64,000 nt of DNA from Ruminococcus sp. (GCA_016290875.1 JAEEVL010000019.1:252-64251), one strand, 5' to 3'. Positions 27,501-37,631 are shown, counted from the first letter of the stretch. Numbers and translations: made by a program. The notes: generated by a model not told the origin, from the letters alone.

Positions 27501-28908
27501 CTACTGCATCAGTTCTTGAAGCTTCTTCCTTGCCGTCCTTAATGATCTTTGTTACAATTGTTGCATCGCGCTTTATGTTTGTTGTATATAAAAGCTCGGG
27601 AGTTGCGCTAACTTCTGCATTTGTGCCTGTAAAAGCAACATACTTGTCAGTATCAACGCCGAGCTTGGTGAGCTCTGTTGAATAGACCGCATCATCCTTG
27701 GTAACTTCGAGATTTAAGCGCTGTGACTTGACGATAATGTCACCCTTGAGCAGCTCGGCAACGGCGTAAACTTCCTTGCCTGGCTCATTTATTCTGAATT
27801 CTCCTGCTTCGAGCTCCTTTGTTGTCTCGGATGTCGGGAGAGCAACCTTTGTCACATTCTCATAAATAGGATTGTCATCACTGTATACTGTAAATCTGAG
27901 GTTAAATTCTGCATCATAACTGCTCTTATATGCAATAGTTGTAGTTGCCTTGATAGGGGCCGCATTTCCTGCTTTAGTACTATCAGTACTGAGCTTTGTA
28001 CGGAATGATGATACATTTACAGAATTTTTCAGGTCAAAGTCGCTTATAAGCTCGATAGCAAGTGATGTTGTACGAACTCGTCCTGCAAAGCTACCGTCAG
28101 TTTTTTCAGCATCACCAAGTTCGCTTACTATCGAACCGGGATCAAATTCAGTTCCGGTTGCCTGATAAGCAAGGTACTTGTATAAAGTCGTATCAATTGC
28201 TGAATCAGTATAGCTGTCGTTGACAGTTCCGCTAAGATAACTCAAAGGAGCATCCAGCTGTGACATATCACCGTCAGTCATGCTGAGATATTTTCCGACA
28301 TTGTATACAACTATACCTGTAAGCTCAGGATCACTGACATTGCTGTCAGCATATGAGTAACCACCGTCAGGATTTGCAGATCTCATAAGGTATGAACAAA
28401 CATCCTCTGCAGAAACATCCGTGCCGCTATAGCCAGTTTCATTTATTGCTTCGAGCACCAGAACTGTATCGAACACATCACTCTCATAGTCCGGATAAAG
28501 TCCGAAGCCGCCGTCAGGATTCTGCTTTACTTCCAGCTTGCCGAGATATTCCTGATCTCCGGAAGCTGATGCAAGTCTGGATGTCATATCGGTATTGCTG
28601 AACGACACATTATCAGCAAGCCATTTCAGACTGTCGTTATGTCCCCCCTTTTCCGCTTTTCTGTATGCTTTCAGTGCATAGGCTGTGTCATTGATCGTGC
28701 TGCTGTCGCCGATGCTTTTGTCAGACGCGATCTTAGAATCAAGGTATGCATAAGCTCTGTCAACAATGTCGTTGCGGAGCTCTTCAGAATCAGGCGAGCC
28801 TGAACCATAAGTGCTGACCTTTATCATTGCGCAGGTATTTACTGCCAGTACTGCGCTAAGAAATACAGAAAGATTCTTCTTATTTCTTATTTTGTCTTTA
28901 ATATTCAT
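24529..28908 (-). CDS. 1459-aa sortase-anchored surface protein (prenyltransferase/squalene-cyclase-like repeats, Ig-like domains, DUF5057-like domain)
   Basis: Signal peptide; QNPDGGFG, NPDGGYSY, DGSFAG repeats; C-terminal SPKTG + TM + K. Confidence 0.75.
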   Translation of the reverse strand: MNIKDKIRNKKNLSVFLSAVLAVNTCAMIKVSTYGSGSPDSEELRNDIVDRAYAYLDSKIASDKSIGDSSTINDTAYALKAYRKAEKGGHNDSLKWLADNVSFSNTDMTSRLASASGDQEYLGKLEVKQNPDGGFGLYPDYESDVFDTVLVLEAINETGYSGTDVSAEDVCSYLMRSANPDGGYSYADSNVSDPELTGIVVYNVGKYLSMTDGDMSQLDAPLSYLSGTVNDSYTDSAIDTTLYKYLAYQATGTEFDPGSIVSELGDAEKTDGSFAGRVRTTSLAIELISDFDLKNSVNVSSFRTKLSTDSTKAGNAAPIKATTTIAYKSSYDAEFNLRFTVYSDDNPIYENVTKVALPTSETTKELEAGEFRINEPGKEVYAVAELLKGDIIVKSQRLNLEVTKDDAVYSTELTKLGVDTDKYVAFTGTNAEVSATPELLYTTNIKRDATIVTKIIKDGKEEASRTDAVVLLPEKNSVSPEPLKFKADTSKPSKYTIKSVCIYNGKEILQGESEFNVIKAPVIEGTPEDGVASQFEVTWFGPILSNYYVYAGNEKEISAGAEINYYSNGKFNGKVELGVYSGDELITETSFDVELEKGVPTYYEGKAEFPVYKNEDQLAFTVKKAGEYTVTGKLYDSAGNLLKENKRKVTVVDKPVQSLVMNSSVAADQDNMVNISWNDISNDAESYSYQLNRRTNGGKWEPRSIWNEEEHIKVLNVYPRDPYLVEWMNTTISDTETPAGKGIFNIEPVHISTFNNDPEKYLYNDDGSWKCDVIFFGSADCNGNIDLSTKAMPELQKFIDSGRGVLFGHDTIWQRNFNTFADQAGLWVGPNNVYRTTSVSVVKVGTLTNYPWVIRGDLTVPNTHTSGQYIKDAIEWITLNNTKRTDPDTGYTDGFYLATKNNLGMIQTGDSTGQATDDERKVLANTLFYLYQISQQTTAKDASFYDVDAPDKPSFISSEYKNGKANVKVKSTDHATTYDYYITATPESPDSDSVLSNVRSHTVLSGLAGFVIKVSGSSDPDPDLLEYNEKRDQILDIVPADGTGTASLSAEPTDFIQPQFIHIFAIDKAGNVSEEYIMPFAEDDVKTKIITDKKVYSYGDKVTIDADTLAELFGRTADVKIVITDEAGMTAAELVSEKDKTLAAGEKVENETEWIIPTETVGRYKAVISWMNGDEVIAEDETVFRIANEKSVVNTIVSDKQTYLEGEPVNLDSRVFNESAAMTENEVRLLVTVYRTDDNTEVASYEHNIGMVEPSDDISYHDALEPEKLTSGKHVAKAVVLQDETVLSEDEAEFEVTANVASISGTLDLNGSDGKGTVEATVKNSGSTDLENVEISIIAYKEGSDNAVYTFKKTVDIMAGETISIRETFDLPEPSDGRYSGVLKAVYNGETSDLDYDGFELAPPAVETTETITETTTAAVEDSPKTGDKRIPAYMWLISIFSLAGLVVLKMTGGSNNEN

Positions 28909-29183
28909 TGAACACTATCCTCCTTAATTAATTATTTTATTATTGCATACTTACCAATTATAGCATAATTCAAGGGCATTGTCTATCCATTTCTTGTTAT
29001 TTCCCTTAAATAATACTAATGGTATATAGATTTGTACAAATGGCAGTAATTTGCTCAATATTTTAGTTTTAAAAAAGGTGATATAGCACCAATATCATTT
29101 ACTAAAAATAAATGAGCTGTACAAAAGTCATTTCCACATATAACAAAACCGCCCTTATCAGAGCGGTTTTACTATATAATATA

Positions 29184-30419
29184 TCACAACTTATTCATTC
29201 TGACAATGAAAGAAACTCCGTCAGCTGTTCTTTCAGCCGAGATATGCCAGCCATGCAGTTCTATTATCTCTTTCGCAAGCGACAGACCGATACCGGTATT
29301 GCCGTCTCTGCCTGTGTAGAACCTGTCAAATATGTGTTTCAGAGAGTCATCCGGGAGCGGTTCACAGTCGTTGGATATACAGATCATATTACTGCTGCAC
29401 GAAACAGAAATGTAGTTTTTTGCGTATTTCACTGCGTTTATAAGCAAATTTGAAACAGCGTGTTCAAGCTTATCCACATCTCCGGTCAGCTTTACCGGAG
29501 CAAGTTCCAACCGCACATTAAGACCTTTGCTGCGTACAGTCCCTTCAAACGGCATAAGACAATTCTGTATCAGTTCATCAAGAGCGATATCCTCAGTTTC
29601 AAGCCGTACTGCACCGCTCTCTATCCTTGCAATACAGAGTATCTCCTCTATCATACGGCTCATTTTAGAAGTCTGTGCTGTTATAACCCGAGCTGTATGC
29701 GGCAGATCTGTTATCACACCCTTTTCGAGCCCTTCTGCGTAGCCCTGTATAGCTGTCAAAGGTGTTTTCAACTCATGAGAAGTGTTTTCAAAGAACTGCT
29801 TCTGTGCAAGCTGATTCTGTTCAAGTCGCCGCCCTACAAAAAATCCGGCGACTGCACTTAGTGTTCCTATCAGAAGAGCTGTAAGTATGAAGAAAAGATC
29901 CATGCGCTTTATCATCTTCAATTCACCGGTAACATCTACGTAAGCAATCATACTTTCAACTGAATCATCAAAAGTCACACTGAAAACAGAGTATTCATCT
30001 GTACTGCTGATACTAGTATCGTCTGTCAAAGCTGTTCCATAAACATATATATTATCCCGAGCGATTTCTCCGCTATCTATGTACAGGATATAATATGTAT
30101 TGCCGTCAATTGTGGTTTTGGCTATATCTTCAATTTCGTTGTCATTATACCAGTCAATTATCGACTTCTCTTTGAGCGTGAGTATAGGTGAATTTCCGCT
30201 TCCATCATCGCTTTCTTTTGGTATCATTATCGTTTCCGGAGTGTACATCGAATCAGAGTCTGTCATCTCGGAATTTTTTTTCATGTGATTCAGAGCGCTC
30301 CGTGCATCACGTTCGGTCTTGCGGTTTATGGTAATATTGAATATTATCATAACCGTTAATATTGTTACTATTACTGAGCTTCCAACGAGCAGAGCTATAC
30401 GGTATCTGATCTTATTCAT
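29184..30419 (-). CDS. Sensor histidine kinase
   Basis: SHELKTPL H-box, NAVKY N-box, FDRFY, GIGL; two TMs. Confidence 0.93.
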   Translation of the reverse strand: MNKIRYRIALLVGSSVIVTILTVMIIFNITINRKTERDARSALNHMKKNSEMTDSDSMYTPETIMIPKESDDGSGNSPILTLKEKSIIDWYNDNEIEDIAKTTIDGNTYYILYIDSGEIARDNIYVYGTALTDDTSISSTDEYSVFSVTFDDSVESMIAYVDVTGELKMIKRMDLFFILTALLIGTLSAVAGFFVGRRLEQNQLAQKQFFENTSHELKTPLTAIQGYAEGLEKGVITDLPHTARVITAQTSKMSRMIEEILCIARIESGAVRLETEDIALDELIQNCLMPFEGTVRSKGLNVRLELAPVKLTGDVDKLEHAVSNLLINAVKYAKNYISVSCSSNMICISNDCEPLPDDSLKHIFDRFYTGRDGNTGIGLSLAKEIIELHGWHISAERTADGVSFIVRMNKL

Positions 30420-31101
30420 CGCCAGCCTCCAGCTTATAACCGTATCCCCATACAGCGGTAATTTTCACACGGCTTCCGGCATCTCGTATCTTTCTCCTTA
30501 TACGGCGAACAGTTTCGTCAGTCACCCTCGTCTCTATATCATTATTATTTATACCCCAGACATTATCAAGCAGATCGTCACGTGAAACAGCTGAACCTGC
30601 GTTTCTCATTAGGCAGCAAAGAAGCGAGAATTCCGTCATTGTTAGTCCCATACTCCTTCCGCTGCAAAGTGCATCGTGATCTGCTTCTGAATAAACTATA
30701 TCGCCGAATTTCATTGATGTATGTGCCGGACTGCTCATTTCAACTCTCCTCAGAAGTGCCTGTATCCTGACTACCAGCAGTGAAGGTGAAAAAGGCTTGA
30801 TAAGATAATCGTCGCCTCCAAGCATAAATCCGCGCATATGATCCGTTTCGCTTTCCTTGGCTGTAAGTATGACTATGGGAACATCAGATATCTTGCGAAG
30901 TTCCTTACAAATAGTAAGACCGTCTCTCCCCGGCATCATTATGTCGAGTACAGCAAGATCACACGGCTTTTCAAGGAAAGCTTCATACAAAGCATCACCT
31001 GTACTGAATGTACGCACATCAAAATCAGCATTTTCAAGGAAACCCTTTATAACTTCAATTATATCTTCTTCATCATCCGCTGCATAGATCAGTTTTTTCA
31101 T
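30412..31101 (-). CDS. OmpR-family response regulator
   Basis: ADDE, LDIMMPG, DDYLIKPF, winged-helix VWGYGYK. Confidence 0.93.
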   Translation of the reverse strand: MKKLIYAADDEEDIIEVIKGFLENADFDVRTFSTGDALYEAFLEKPCDLAVLDIMMPGRDGLTICKELRKISDVPIVILTAKESETDHMRGFMLGGDDYLIKPFSPSLLVVRIQALLRRVEMSSPAHTSMKFGDIVYSEADHDALCSGRSMGLTMTEFSLLCCLMRNAGSAVSRDDLLDNVWGINNNDIETRVTDETVRRIRRKIRDAGSRVKITAVWGYGYKLEAGDE

Positions 31102-31171
31102 AGTTTTCTCCAAACACCGAATACCTGTCTGCGATCAGGCAGACAGGTCCGGTCCGTATTATTGTTTTATA

Positions 31172-31630
31172 TCATTCAAAGCTGTAAGACAACTCTCCGT
31201 TTTCGTCTTCTTCTACGACACAGGTGCCGGAAACAGTGATACCATCATCAACGCCGTCATCGATAGTATATTCCGAGCTGACATATACTTCACTTTCATC
31301 ATCTGTGTTGCAGTATTCGCTTACAATGAAAACCTGATCATCGATCCTGAACTCTCCATTGCCGTTTTCGTCAAGCTGGAATGTATAAGTTTTTTCATTG
31401 CCGTCTTCGTCGATAGTATTTATCGTGCAGAGATTGTTATCGTCTATTGAAAACTCACAGGTGGATTCATAGGTTATTGAATTCTCTGCATCGTCCTCAA
31501 CGTAGTCAGTTGTTGTCACAGCAGTAACATCCTCAATATCTGTTGAGGAAGCAGCCGAAGCTACTGAATGTACAGGTACTACTGCTGCAAGAGCTGCCAT
31601 AAACATTGATTTGATAAAAATAGGTTTCAT
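31172..31630 (-). CDS. Secreted acidic hypothetical protein
   Basis: Signal peptide MKPIFIKSMFMAALAAVV; D/E-rich; AAGGAGG RBS. Confidence 0.65.
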   Translation of the reverse strand: MKPIFIKSMFMAALAAVVPVHSVASAASSTDIEDVTAVTTTDYVEDDAENSITYESTCEFSIDDNNLCTINTIDEDGNEKTYTFQLDENGNGEFRIDDQVFIVSEYCNTDDESEVYVSSEYTIDDGVDDGITVSGTCVVEEDENGELSYSFE

Positions 31631-31743
31631 AAGAAAGCCCTCCTTTGAAGAATTATTATTGCGACCGTTGTGGTCTGTATACATAATAACATTTCTTAAA
31701 AGGAAAATCTCCGCGTTTCTGTAAGCAAAGTGTCACAAAACTG

Positions 31744-32271
31744 TCAAAGTGCAATATGAGTGACTTTTTCAAGCATTTCTGCAAGGTGCTCATGCAGATT
31801 TTCAATAGTGCTGTGGCTCCCGTGAACTAATTTGATTGGACTAAAAAGCTCGGTGCAGTCATGATAATTATCAGGAAGTATGGTATCCTCGGTGCTGCAA
31901 ATTACGTATGCAAGCAAATTCATATCAGCTGACGACATTTTTTCGTACTGCTCAACAAAATCAGCAGGTATTCCTGACGATGTAATGAGTTCGAGTTTGT
32001 GAGGATAATTACACGGATTTGTCAGTATACAAGGACGTCTGAATTTTCTGCTGAGCTTATCCGCGTACCAGCCGCCAAGACTCTGTCCTACAAAAATTAA
32101 ATCATCAGAACAAACCATATCCGTAAGCTGTTTAAGAAGTTCCTCGGGAGAAGTGTCCATATATTTCAGCTGAGGAGAAATTATATTCTCAGGCGCTATC
32201 ATGGAGCAAAGCGCCTTGTAATTCTTGTTGTCTGCTTCTCCCATAAAGCCATGCAAATTCAGTATCTTCAT
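31744..32271 (-). CDS. YqiA/UPF0227-family esterase
   Basis: LHGF, GQSLGG, LTNP motifs. Confidence 0.8.
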   Translation of the reverse strand: MKILNLHGFMGEADNKNYKALCSMIAPENIISPQLKYMDTSPEELLKQLTDMVCSDDLIFVGQSLGGWYADKLSRKFRRPCILTNPCNYPHKLELITSSGIPADFVEQYEKMSSADMNLLAYVICSTEDTILPDNYHDCTELFSPIKLVHGSHSTIENLHEHLAEMLEKVTHIAL

Positions 32272-32303
32272 TCGTTATCTCCTATCATTCAGTATATTCT
32301 CTG

Positions 32304-32678
32304 TCAGAAAGCTTTTCCAACCAGGTATTCTGCTACAAATAACGCAGCAATTCCAAGTGTTACGCTCAGCACAACATATGCAGCAGCAATAGCATATGAG
32401 CCTTTCTCAAGCAATCCGCCTGTTTCGAGAGCAAATGACGAAAATGTTGTAAAACCGCCGCATATACCTACTTTCAAAAACAGAACGAGTTTAGGTGAAT
32501 CAGAGAGCTGCTTCAAAGCCAAAGCAGCAACAAGTCCTATCATAAAGCAGCCAAGAATATTCACAATAAAAGTTTTCAGAGGAAATCCACTGTTAATGCC
32601 AGGCACGAGTTTTCCCATCAGTAACCTGCCAACTGCACCTATCGCACCTCCGCCAGCTACTATCAAACAATCAGTCAT
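32304..32678 (-). CDS. crcB: Fluoride channel CrcB/Fluc
   Basis: GGAIGAVGR, VNILGCF, GICGGFTTFSSF. Confidence 0.93.
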   Translation of the reverse strand: MTDCLIVAGGGAIGAVGRLLMGKLVPGINSGFPLKTFIVNILGCFMIGLVAALALKQLSDSPKLVLFLKVGICGGFTTFSSFALETGGLLEKGSYAIAAAYVVLSVTLGIAALFVAEYLVGKAF

Positions 32679-32838
32679 AATCTTGCTCCATTCAATTTAT
32701 TACACTCATTATATCACATCTTAAAAGCATTTACAATACCGCAAATTTCCGGGATAATACTTAGCCAGATAGTTGAAAACACAAACAAGTCTCCGGAATA
32801 GACCGTCCAGTCCATATCCGAAGACCTGTTAAAAATCA

Positions 32839-35136
32839 TTATTTAGTCAGTTCACTGCCGCCCCATTCTACAACTGTAAAGCCTTTTCTTTCAAAGGTAT
32901 CAAGCTGCTGAGGTTCGATATCCACTTCGTTTTCAAGCGGGATATATGTCATAAACACTCGAAGGAGACTATCCGGTGCAGGAGTAATATCGAGCTTTGC
33001 AGACTCGGTATATGCATCGCCCTGGAAAGAAATGAGGTTATATGCATTGTGCTCCATTCTCGGCAGCCAGTATACGATAAATTCATTCATTTCTTCTTCG
33101 GTGAGTCCCATATATGTGAGTTTTTCTTTCAGGAAGCTCTCTGTATCAGCGCCTGCAACGCAGAACCCCTTTGAAAAGTCATACTTCATACGGCAGTTCA
33201 CAGCATCCCAGAAGAGGTACTTATGATGAGTTCCGTCAGCCTTATTGAGAAGAGTACCATCCGGATAAGCAGTCACATCCCAGCCGTTATTGTACTTAGG
33301 ATATGTTGTGGAAAGATCAGCTTTCTTCAGATCAAGCTCAACGTGAACATCTGTCTCCTGTTCAGGGTAGAGATAGATTACAGGCTTATCTGCGAGTTCG
33401 CCCCAATAAACATTATAATTATTATCATCATCACGTATCCTTATCCAGCCATAAGTACCCTCAAACTCTGTGAATACCCAGTCAGGTATATCTTTCATAT
33501 AGCCAAGCTCCTTGATCCTGCATTCCGGTATCCTTGCAACAACAGCCGAGCTTGTATCAGGGCCATAGTACATCTCAAGATCACTCTTGACAACAAACAA
33601 TGTTGAGGGATTTGTTGTCCAAACTTGCGGCTCAACATAAGCTTTTGTCTTATTGAAAAGTTCTCGTTTCATCTTAATGAGGTCGAATACATTGAGCTTA
33701 CCGTCATGACAGAAATCAACTGCGTTACGATCAGCAAGCTTTATCTTCTTTACTCCCTTAAGCCACTGCTGAAGAGTTACAACATCCGCAACATTGAAAT
33801 CACTGTCACCGTTGGCATCGCCGCTCGGTGTGTATTTCAGCTTGAAAACAACATCAGCAGAGCTGTTATCAAACCTACGGACTATCAGACCATCCTCAGG
33901 AAGGATTGTCCCATTAAAATATCCCATACTATCGGCATTGTCCGGGAAAGAATAGCCGGCAGGCAAAGCATACTTATCCAGGTCAAACGAAAAACTGTCT
34001 GCACCGAAGAAACCGGCGATATTGTCATGCACCGAAGGGTTTTGGTCCAAAGGCAGGATAGGTCCGGTTGACATCGGGCCTTCCGGTTCATAGAAAGTGA
34101 TGTTAGTCGATATGCTCGGCCTTATATCACCGCCATAAGAGATTATTTCGCCTGTATCGTAGTCTTCAAGTGTCACACGCATCTGTCCCGGCAGCAAGAT
34201 TGCCTGTGCATCATTGAAAACAGCACATTTAGCAGATTTGTGTTTTTCTGACTCGCCGTCAGAATATAGCGGTTTAAGATCGTATGAAACTGTTGTATAT
34301 CCATCATTAACAGCCTTGTATAAGTGTAGCTTATTTACAACGCCGCCGTCACGGGGAATGAGCTCAAACTGGCTGCAATCGCGGACTTCTTCAAGCTCAA
34401 GACATTTGTCGCCGGTTACGGTCTCAGTCCATGCATATGGAGTGCCGGCAGCCTCCGGAAGCATGAAGGCCAGGTAGTTATCATGAGCCATTGCATCTTC
34501 CTGCTGACACGCACGAAATTCTGTTGCACAATCGGGAAGCCAGCTGTATATATCAGTCTCATTAGTTTGACCAAACTTATTTTCAAAGGTGAAAGTTTCT
34601 GTTGTCTTGTAACTGTCACCCTCCTTTTCACACCAATTTACTGTCAGGTCGAATCCCTGTAGTACGCGGTAGAGCTGAACCTCGAACACATATGGTGTTT
34701 TACACTCTGCATATGATTCAAAGAAACTGTAATTATCAGGATCAGCCCCTACTTTCCAGCAGATCTCTTCGTATTCACCGACTGCTTCTAAATCGTCAGG
34801 ATCTGGTTTAGCAGGTATCTTGAATTCATATACCTCAGGCTCAATACCGGCAGGCGTATTGATATATGTCATACTGCCGGATAAGGAAATAAGATAATCG
34901 TCTTTCTTGTCCCTAAGAATAGGTCTTACAAGGCAGATGACGTTATCTGAAACATAGCTTTTTCCGTGACTGTTGTAAAATGCCATTGCATCAGGAAAAC
35001 TCTGCGGTACCCAATCAGGTATCGTTCCAATGATTGGATCAGTCAAAGTCTTGTCTGCTGCCTGAACCGGTGGCAGCGATGCCGCAGTTGAAAGCATCAA
35101 TGATGCAGTCAGAATTGCGATCAGTTTGTTCTTCAT
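32839..35136 (-). CDS. Dockerin-containing secreted protein with SH3-like and C-terminal KPVIYLYP domain
   Basis: Signal peptide; GDANGDSDFNVADVV...DFCHDGKLNVFDL dockerin (~33670-33825); KPVIYLYP...YPKYNNGW...EWGG. Confidence 0.8.
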   Translation of the reverse strand: MKNKLIAILTASLMLSTAASLPPVQAADKTLTDPIIGTIPDWVPQSFPDAMAFYNSHGKSYVSDNVICLVRPILRDKKDDYLISLSGSMTYINTPAGIEPEVYEFKIPAKPDPDDLEAVGEYEEICWKVGADPDNYSFFESYAECKTPYVFEVQLYRVLQGFDLTVNWCEKEGDSYKTTETFTFENKFGQTNETDIYSWLPDCATEFRACQQEDAMAHDNYLAFMLPEAAGTPYAWTETVTGDKCLELEEVRDCSQFELIPRDGGVVNKLHLYKAVNDGYTTVSYDLKPLYSDGESEKHKSAKCAVFNDAQAILLPGQMRVTLEDYDTGEIISYGGDIRPSISTNITFYEPEGPMSTGPILPLDQNPSVHDNIAGFFGADSFSFDLDKYALPAGYSFPDNADSMGYFNGTILPEDGLIVRRFDNSSADVVFKLKYTPSGDANGDSDFNVADVVTLQQWLKGVKKIKLADRNAVDFCHDGKLNVFDLIKMKRELFNKTKAYVEPQVWTTNPSTLFVVKSDLEMYYGPDTSSAVVARIPECRIKELGYMKDIPDWVFTEFEGTYGWIRIRDDDNNYNVYWGELADKPVIYLYPEQETDVHVELDLKKADLSTTYPKYNNGWDVTAYPDGTLLNKADGTHHKYLFWDAVNCRMKYDFSKGFCVAGADTESFLKEKLTYMGLTEEEMNEFIVYWLPRMEHNAYNLISFQGDAYTESAKLDITPAPDSLLRVFMTYIPLENEVDIEPQQLDTFERKGFTVVEWGGSELTK

Positions 35137-35327
35137 AGTGATTCCTCCGTTTCTGTCATTATATAATTTACTCCCCTCTCAAAGGGATTTATGACTATAT
35201 TATACATATCACGCTAACAAAAGTCAATAGATATACTTAAACTTATACCGTTATCGACTTAACGATACATTTATTTATTCAATCTTAATTATAATATTAT
35301 GCCAAAGTTAATGTCAACACAAAAACG

Positions 35328-35382
35328 GTAAGTTGCATTTTTAGGGCAGTAAGTTGCATTTCTCAAAGAGTAAGCTGTAAAA
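35328..35382 (+). repeat. Three direct repeats GTAAG(T/C)TG at 21-bp period
   Basis: GTAAGTTGCATTT at 35328 and 35349, GTAAGCTGTAAAA at 35370; upstream of TTTACA-N17-TATAAT (35407-35435). Confidence 0.7.
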
Positions 35383-35493
35383 AAACAACATTTTGAAGAC
35401 TTATCATTTACAATCCGGCTATGAAATGTTATAATTTATATACGGAATCTGGAACTTACGATAAATACACATCAAATAGAAAGGCACATAATT

Positions 35494-36222
35494 ATGAAAC
35501 TACTGATAATCAGGCACGGTGATCCTGACTATACTATTGACTCACTGACAGAAAAGGGGCACAGAGAAGCCGAACTTCTTTCCAAGCGTATAGCTCCTAT
35601 GAATATTAAGGCTTATTATGTCTCTCCTCTTGGACGGGCTCAAGCAACAGCAGAATATACACTAAAGAAGTGCGGGCGCTCAGCAGAAACGCTTGACTGG
35701 CTTCACGAATTCGACAGGAACCTTATCATCGGACCTGACGGTGAACGACGTATAGCGTGGGATATGCTTCCACAGAACTGGACATCTGTTCCCGAATACT
35801 ATGACAAAGACAAGTGGGCAGATGTTCCTGTAATGGCTGAAGCCAATATGAAAAGCGGTCTCGCATATGTTCAGAACGGACTCGACTCGCTGCTTGAGAA
35901 GCACGGATATAAACGTAATGGGAACTATTACAGTGCTATCTGTCCTAATGAAGATACTATCGCACTTTTCTGCCACTTCGGAGTCGAATGTGTTATGCTC
36001 GGTCATCTTCTCGGTATTTCACCAATGGTACTGTGGCATGGCTTTATGGCAGCTCCTACTTCGGTAACAACAGTTTGCACCGAGGAGCGCCGCAAGGGCA
36101 TAGCCTGCTTCCGTGTAACAGCTTTCGGTGATATATCCCACCTCAATAATCACGGTGAACCTCCGGCATTTGCAGGCCGCTTCTGTGAAATGTACAGCAA
36201 AACAGAGCAGCGTCACGACTGA
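35494..36222 (+). CDS. Histidine phosphatase (phosphoglycerate mutase-like) family protein
   Basis: IRHG, SPLGRAQATA, CHFG motifs. Confidence 0.88.
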   Translation: MKLLIIRHGDPDYTIDSLTEKGHREAELLSKRIAPMNIKAYYVSPLGRAQATAEYTLKKCGRSAETLDWLHEFDRNLIIGPDGERRIAWDMLPQNWTSVPEYYDKDKWADVPVMAEANMKSGLAYVQNGLDSLLEKHGYKRNGNYYSAICPNEDTIALFCHFGVECVMLGHLLGISPMVLWHGFMAAPTSVTTVCTEERRKGIACFRVTAFGDISHLNNHGEPPAFAGRFCEMYSKTEQRHD

Positions 36223-36270
36223 TAAGAATTAAAGGCACTATGCTGAGCATAGTGCCTTTTAAGTTTTATT

Positions 36271-37557
36271 TTAGTCTGTACAGTCGGTATAATGATACTT
36301 TTTCAGTTTTCTGCCGGATACTAAGCAAAGGGTAGTGCCTGCAGCGCCAAGAATGAACATCATAAGCGCCGCTCCGGAACCTTTTCCTGTACCGAACAGC
36401 ATAGCCAGAACTTCATTGGACTGGTGTGAAGCCATAAACGGTTCGCAGACGTTATCGACCATAAATCCGCCCCATGCCAGACCTATCGGTATCGTAAAGA
36501 ACTGTAATGTGTTCCTGCAAGCATATACCCTGCCCTGTAAAGATACAGGCACAGTATTACGCATTATCACATTCTGATTTGTGCTCATCACCGGAACAAG
36601 TATCCAGCCTATCACCTGTGCTGCACACCATATGGCAGGACTTTCAGTAAGTGCTATAAGAAAATTTTCAGTTCCAAGCGAAAAGAGCATTGTCAGATAT
36701 ATGACACGTACTCTATCCTTAGGCATAGGCATTACAGAAGCGATGATACTTCCGATAACCATAGCAATTCCCGAGCAAGCAGTTACTATGCCGAATACAC
36801 TGTTTCCGCGTCTTGGGATTATCAGCGCAGGGAGTACAGCATCAAAAGCAGAAGCGATAAGATTCACTCCGGACATAAACAGTATCACATACAGTATCAG
36901 TGGCGTCTTTTTCAGGTAAACAAGACCTTCCTTTGCAAGCTGTATAACGTTTGTGTCGTTCTTCGTTTCATCAAGGACTGCCGGCAGCTTAATAAAGCAC
37001 AGTAATGCTGTAAATGCAACAGCAAAGGTTATCATATCGATCGCTATCACCGCATCAAGACCTGCAAGTCCGTACATTGCTGACGCTATCAGCGGATTTC
37101 CGATAGATATAACAGAACGCGACAGCGACTGTAATCCGCTCGTTTTCTGATAGTATTCTTTCGGAACAGTCAGAGCATACGCTACTTCAGAAGCAGGCTG
37201 CTGTACGGTATTCATAAGACCGGAAAAAGCGTTTATCACGTACAGATGCCATACAGACAATGAGCCTGCTTTATACAGCGCAAATACAAGAACTGTCGTA
37301 AGTGCGGCCATGACATCACAGATAAGTATGGTTTTCTTTTTGTCAAAACGGTCTGTTATGGCACCGGCAAATATGCTCATAAGCACATAAGGCGCGTAAG
37401 TACATATCCTGAGAGCAGCTGTGTTCAGCGCCGAACCTGTCTCTTCGTAAAGCCACAGCGTCAGCGCAAAACCGGTTATTGCACTTCCAAGCTGTGACAG
37501 GCTCTGCGTGCTCCAAAGAATGTAGAAATTTCTTAGTTTATTTATTCTGTTTTTCAT
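36271..37557 (-). CDS. MFS transporter (Mef/macrolide-efflux-like)
   Basis: FYILWSTQSLSQLGS, AGAITDRFDKKK, QGRVYA; ~12 TMs. Confidence 0.85.
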   Translation of the reverse strand: MKNRINKLRNFYILWSTQSLSQLGSAITGFALTLWLYEETGSALNTAALRICTYAPYVLMSIFAGAITDRFDKKKTILICDVMAALTTVLVFALYKAGSLSVWHLYVINAFSGLMNTVQQPASEVAYALTVPKEYYQKTSGLQSLSRSVISIGNPLIASAMYGLAGLDAVIAIDMITFAVAFTALLCFIKLPAVLDETKNDTNVIQLAKEGLVYLKKTPLILYVILFMSGVNLIASAFDAVLPALIIPRRGNSVFGIVTACSGIAMVIGSIIASVMPMPKDRVRVIYLTMLFSLGTENFLIALTESPAIWCAAQVIGWILVPVMSTNQNVIMRNTVPVSLQGRVYACRNTLQFFTIPIGLAWGGFMVDNVCEPFMASHQSNEVLAMLFGTGKGSGAALMMFILGAAGTTLCLVSGRKLKKYHYTDCTD

Positions 37558-37631
37558 TATCTTTACTCCTTATCATTTTATACGATGAAAGAGCAAAGCC
37601 TGAGGAAATTTTTTCCTCCATACAGATTACC

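Noticed and set aside
32679-32838. Fluoride riboswitch upstream of crcB
   Set aside because: No GGnGATGG...GCTGATG-type consensus found; promoter lies close to the start codon
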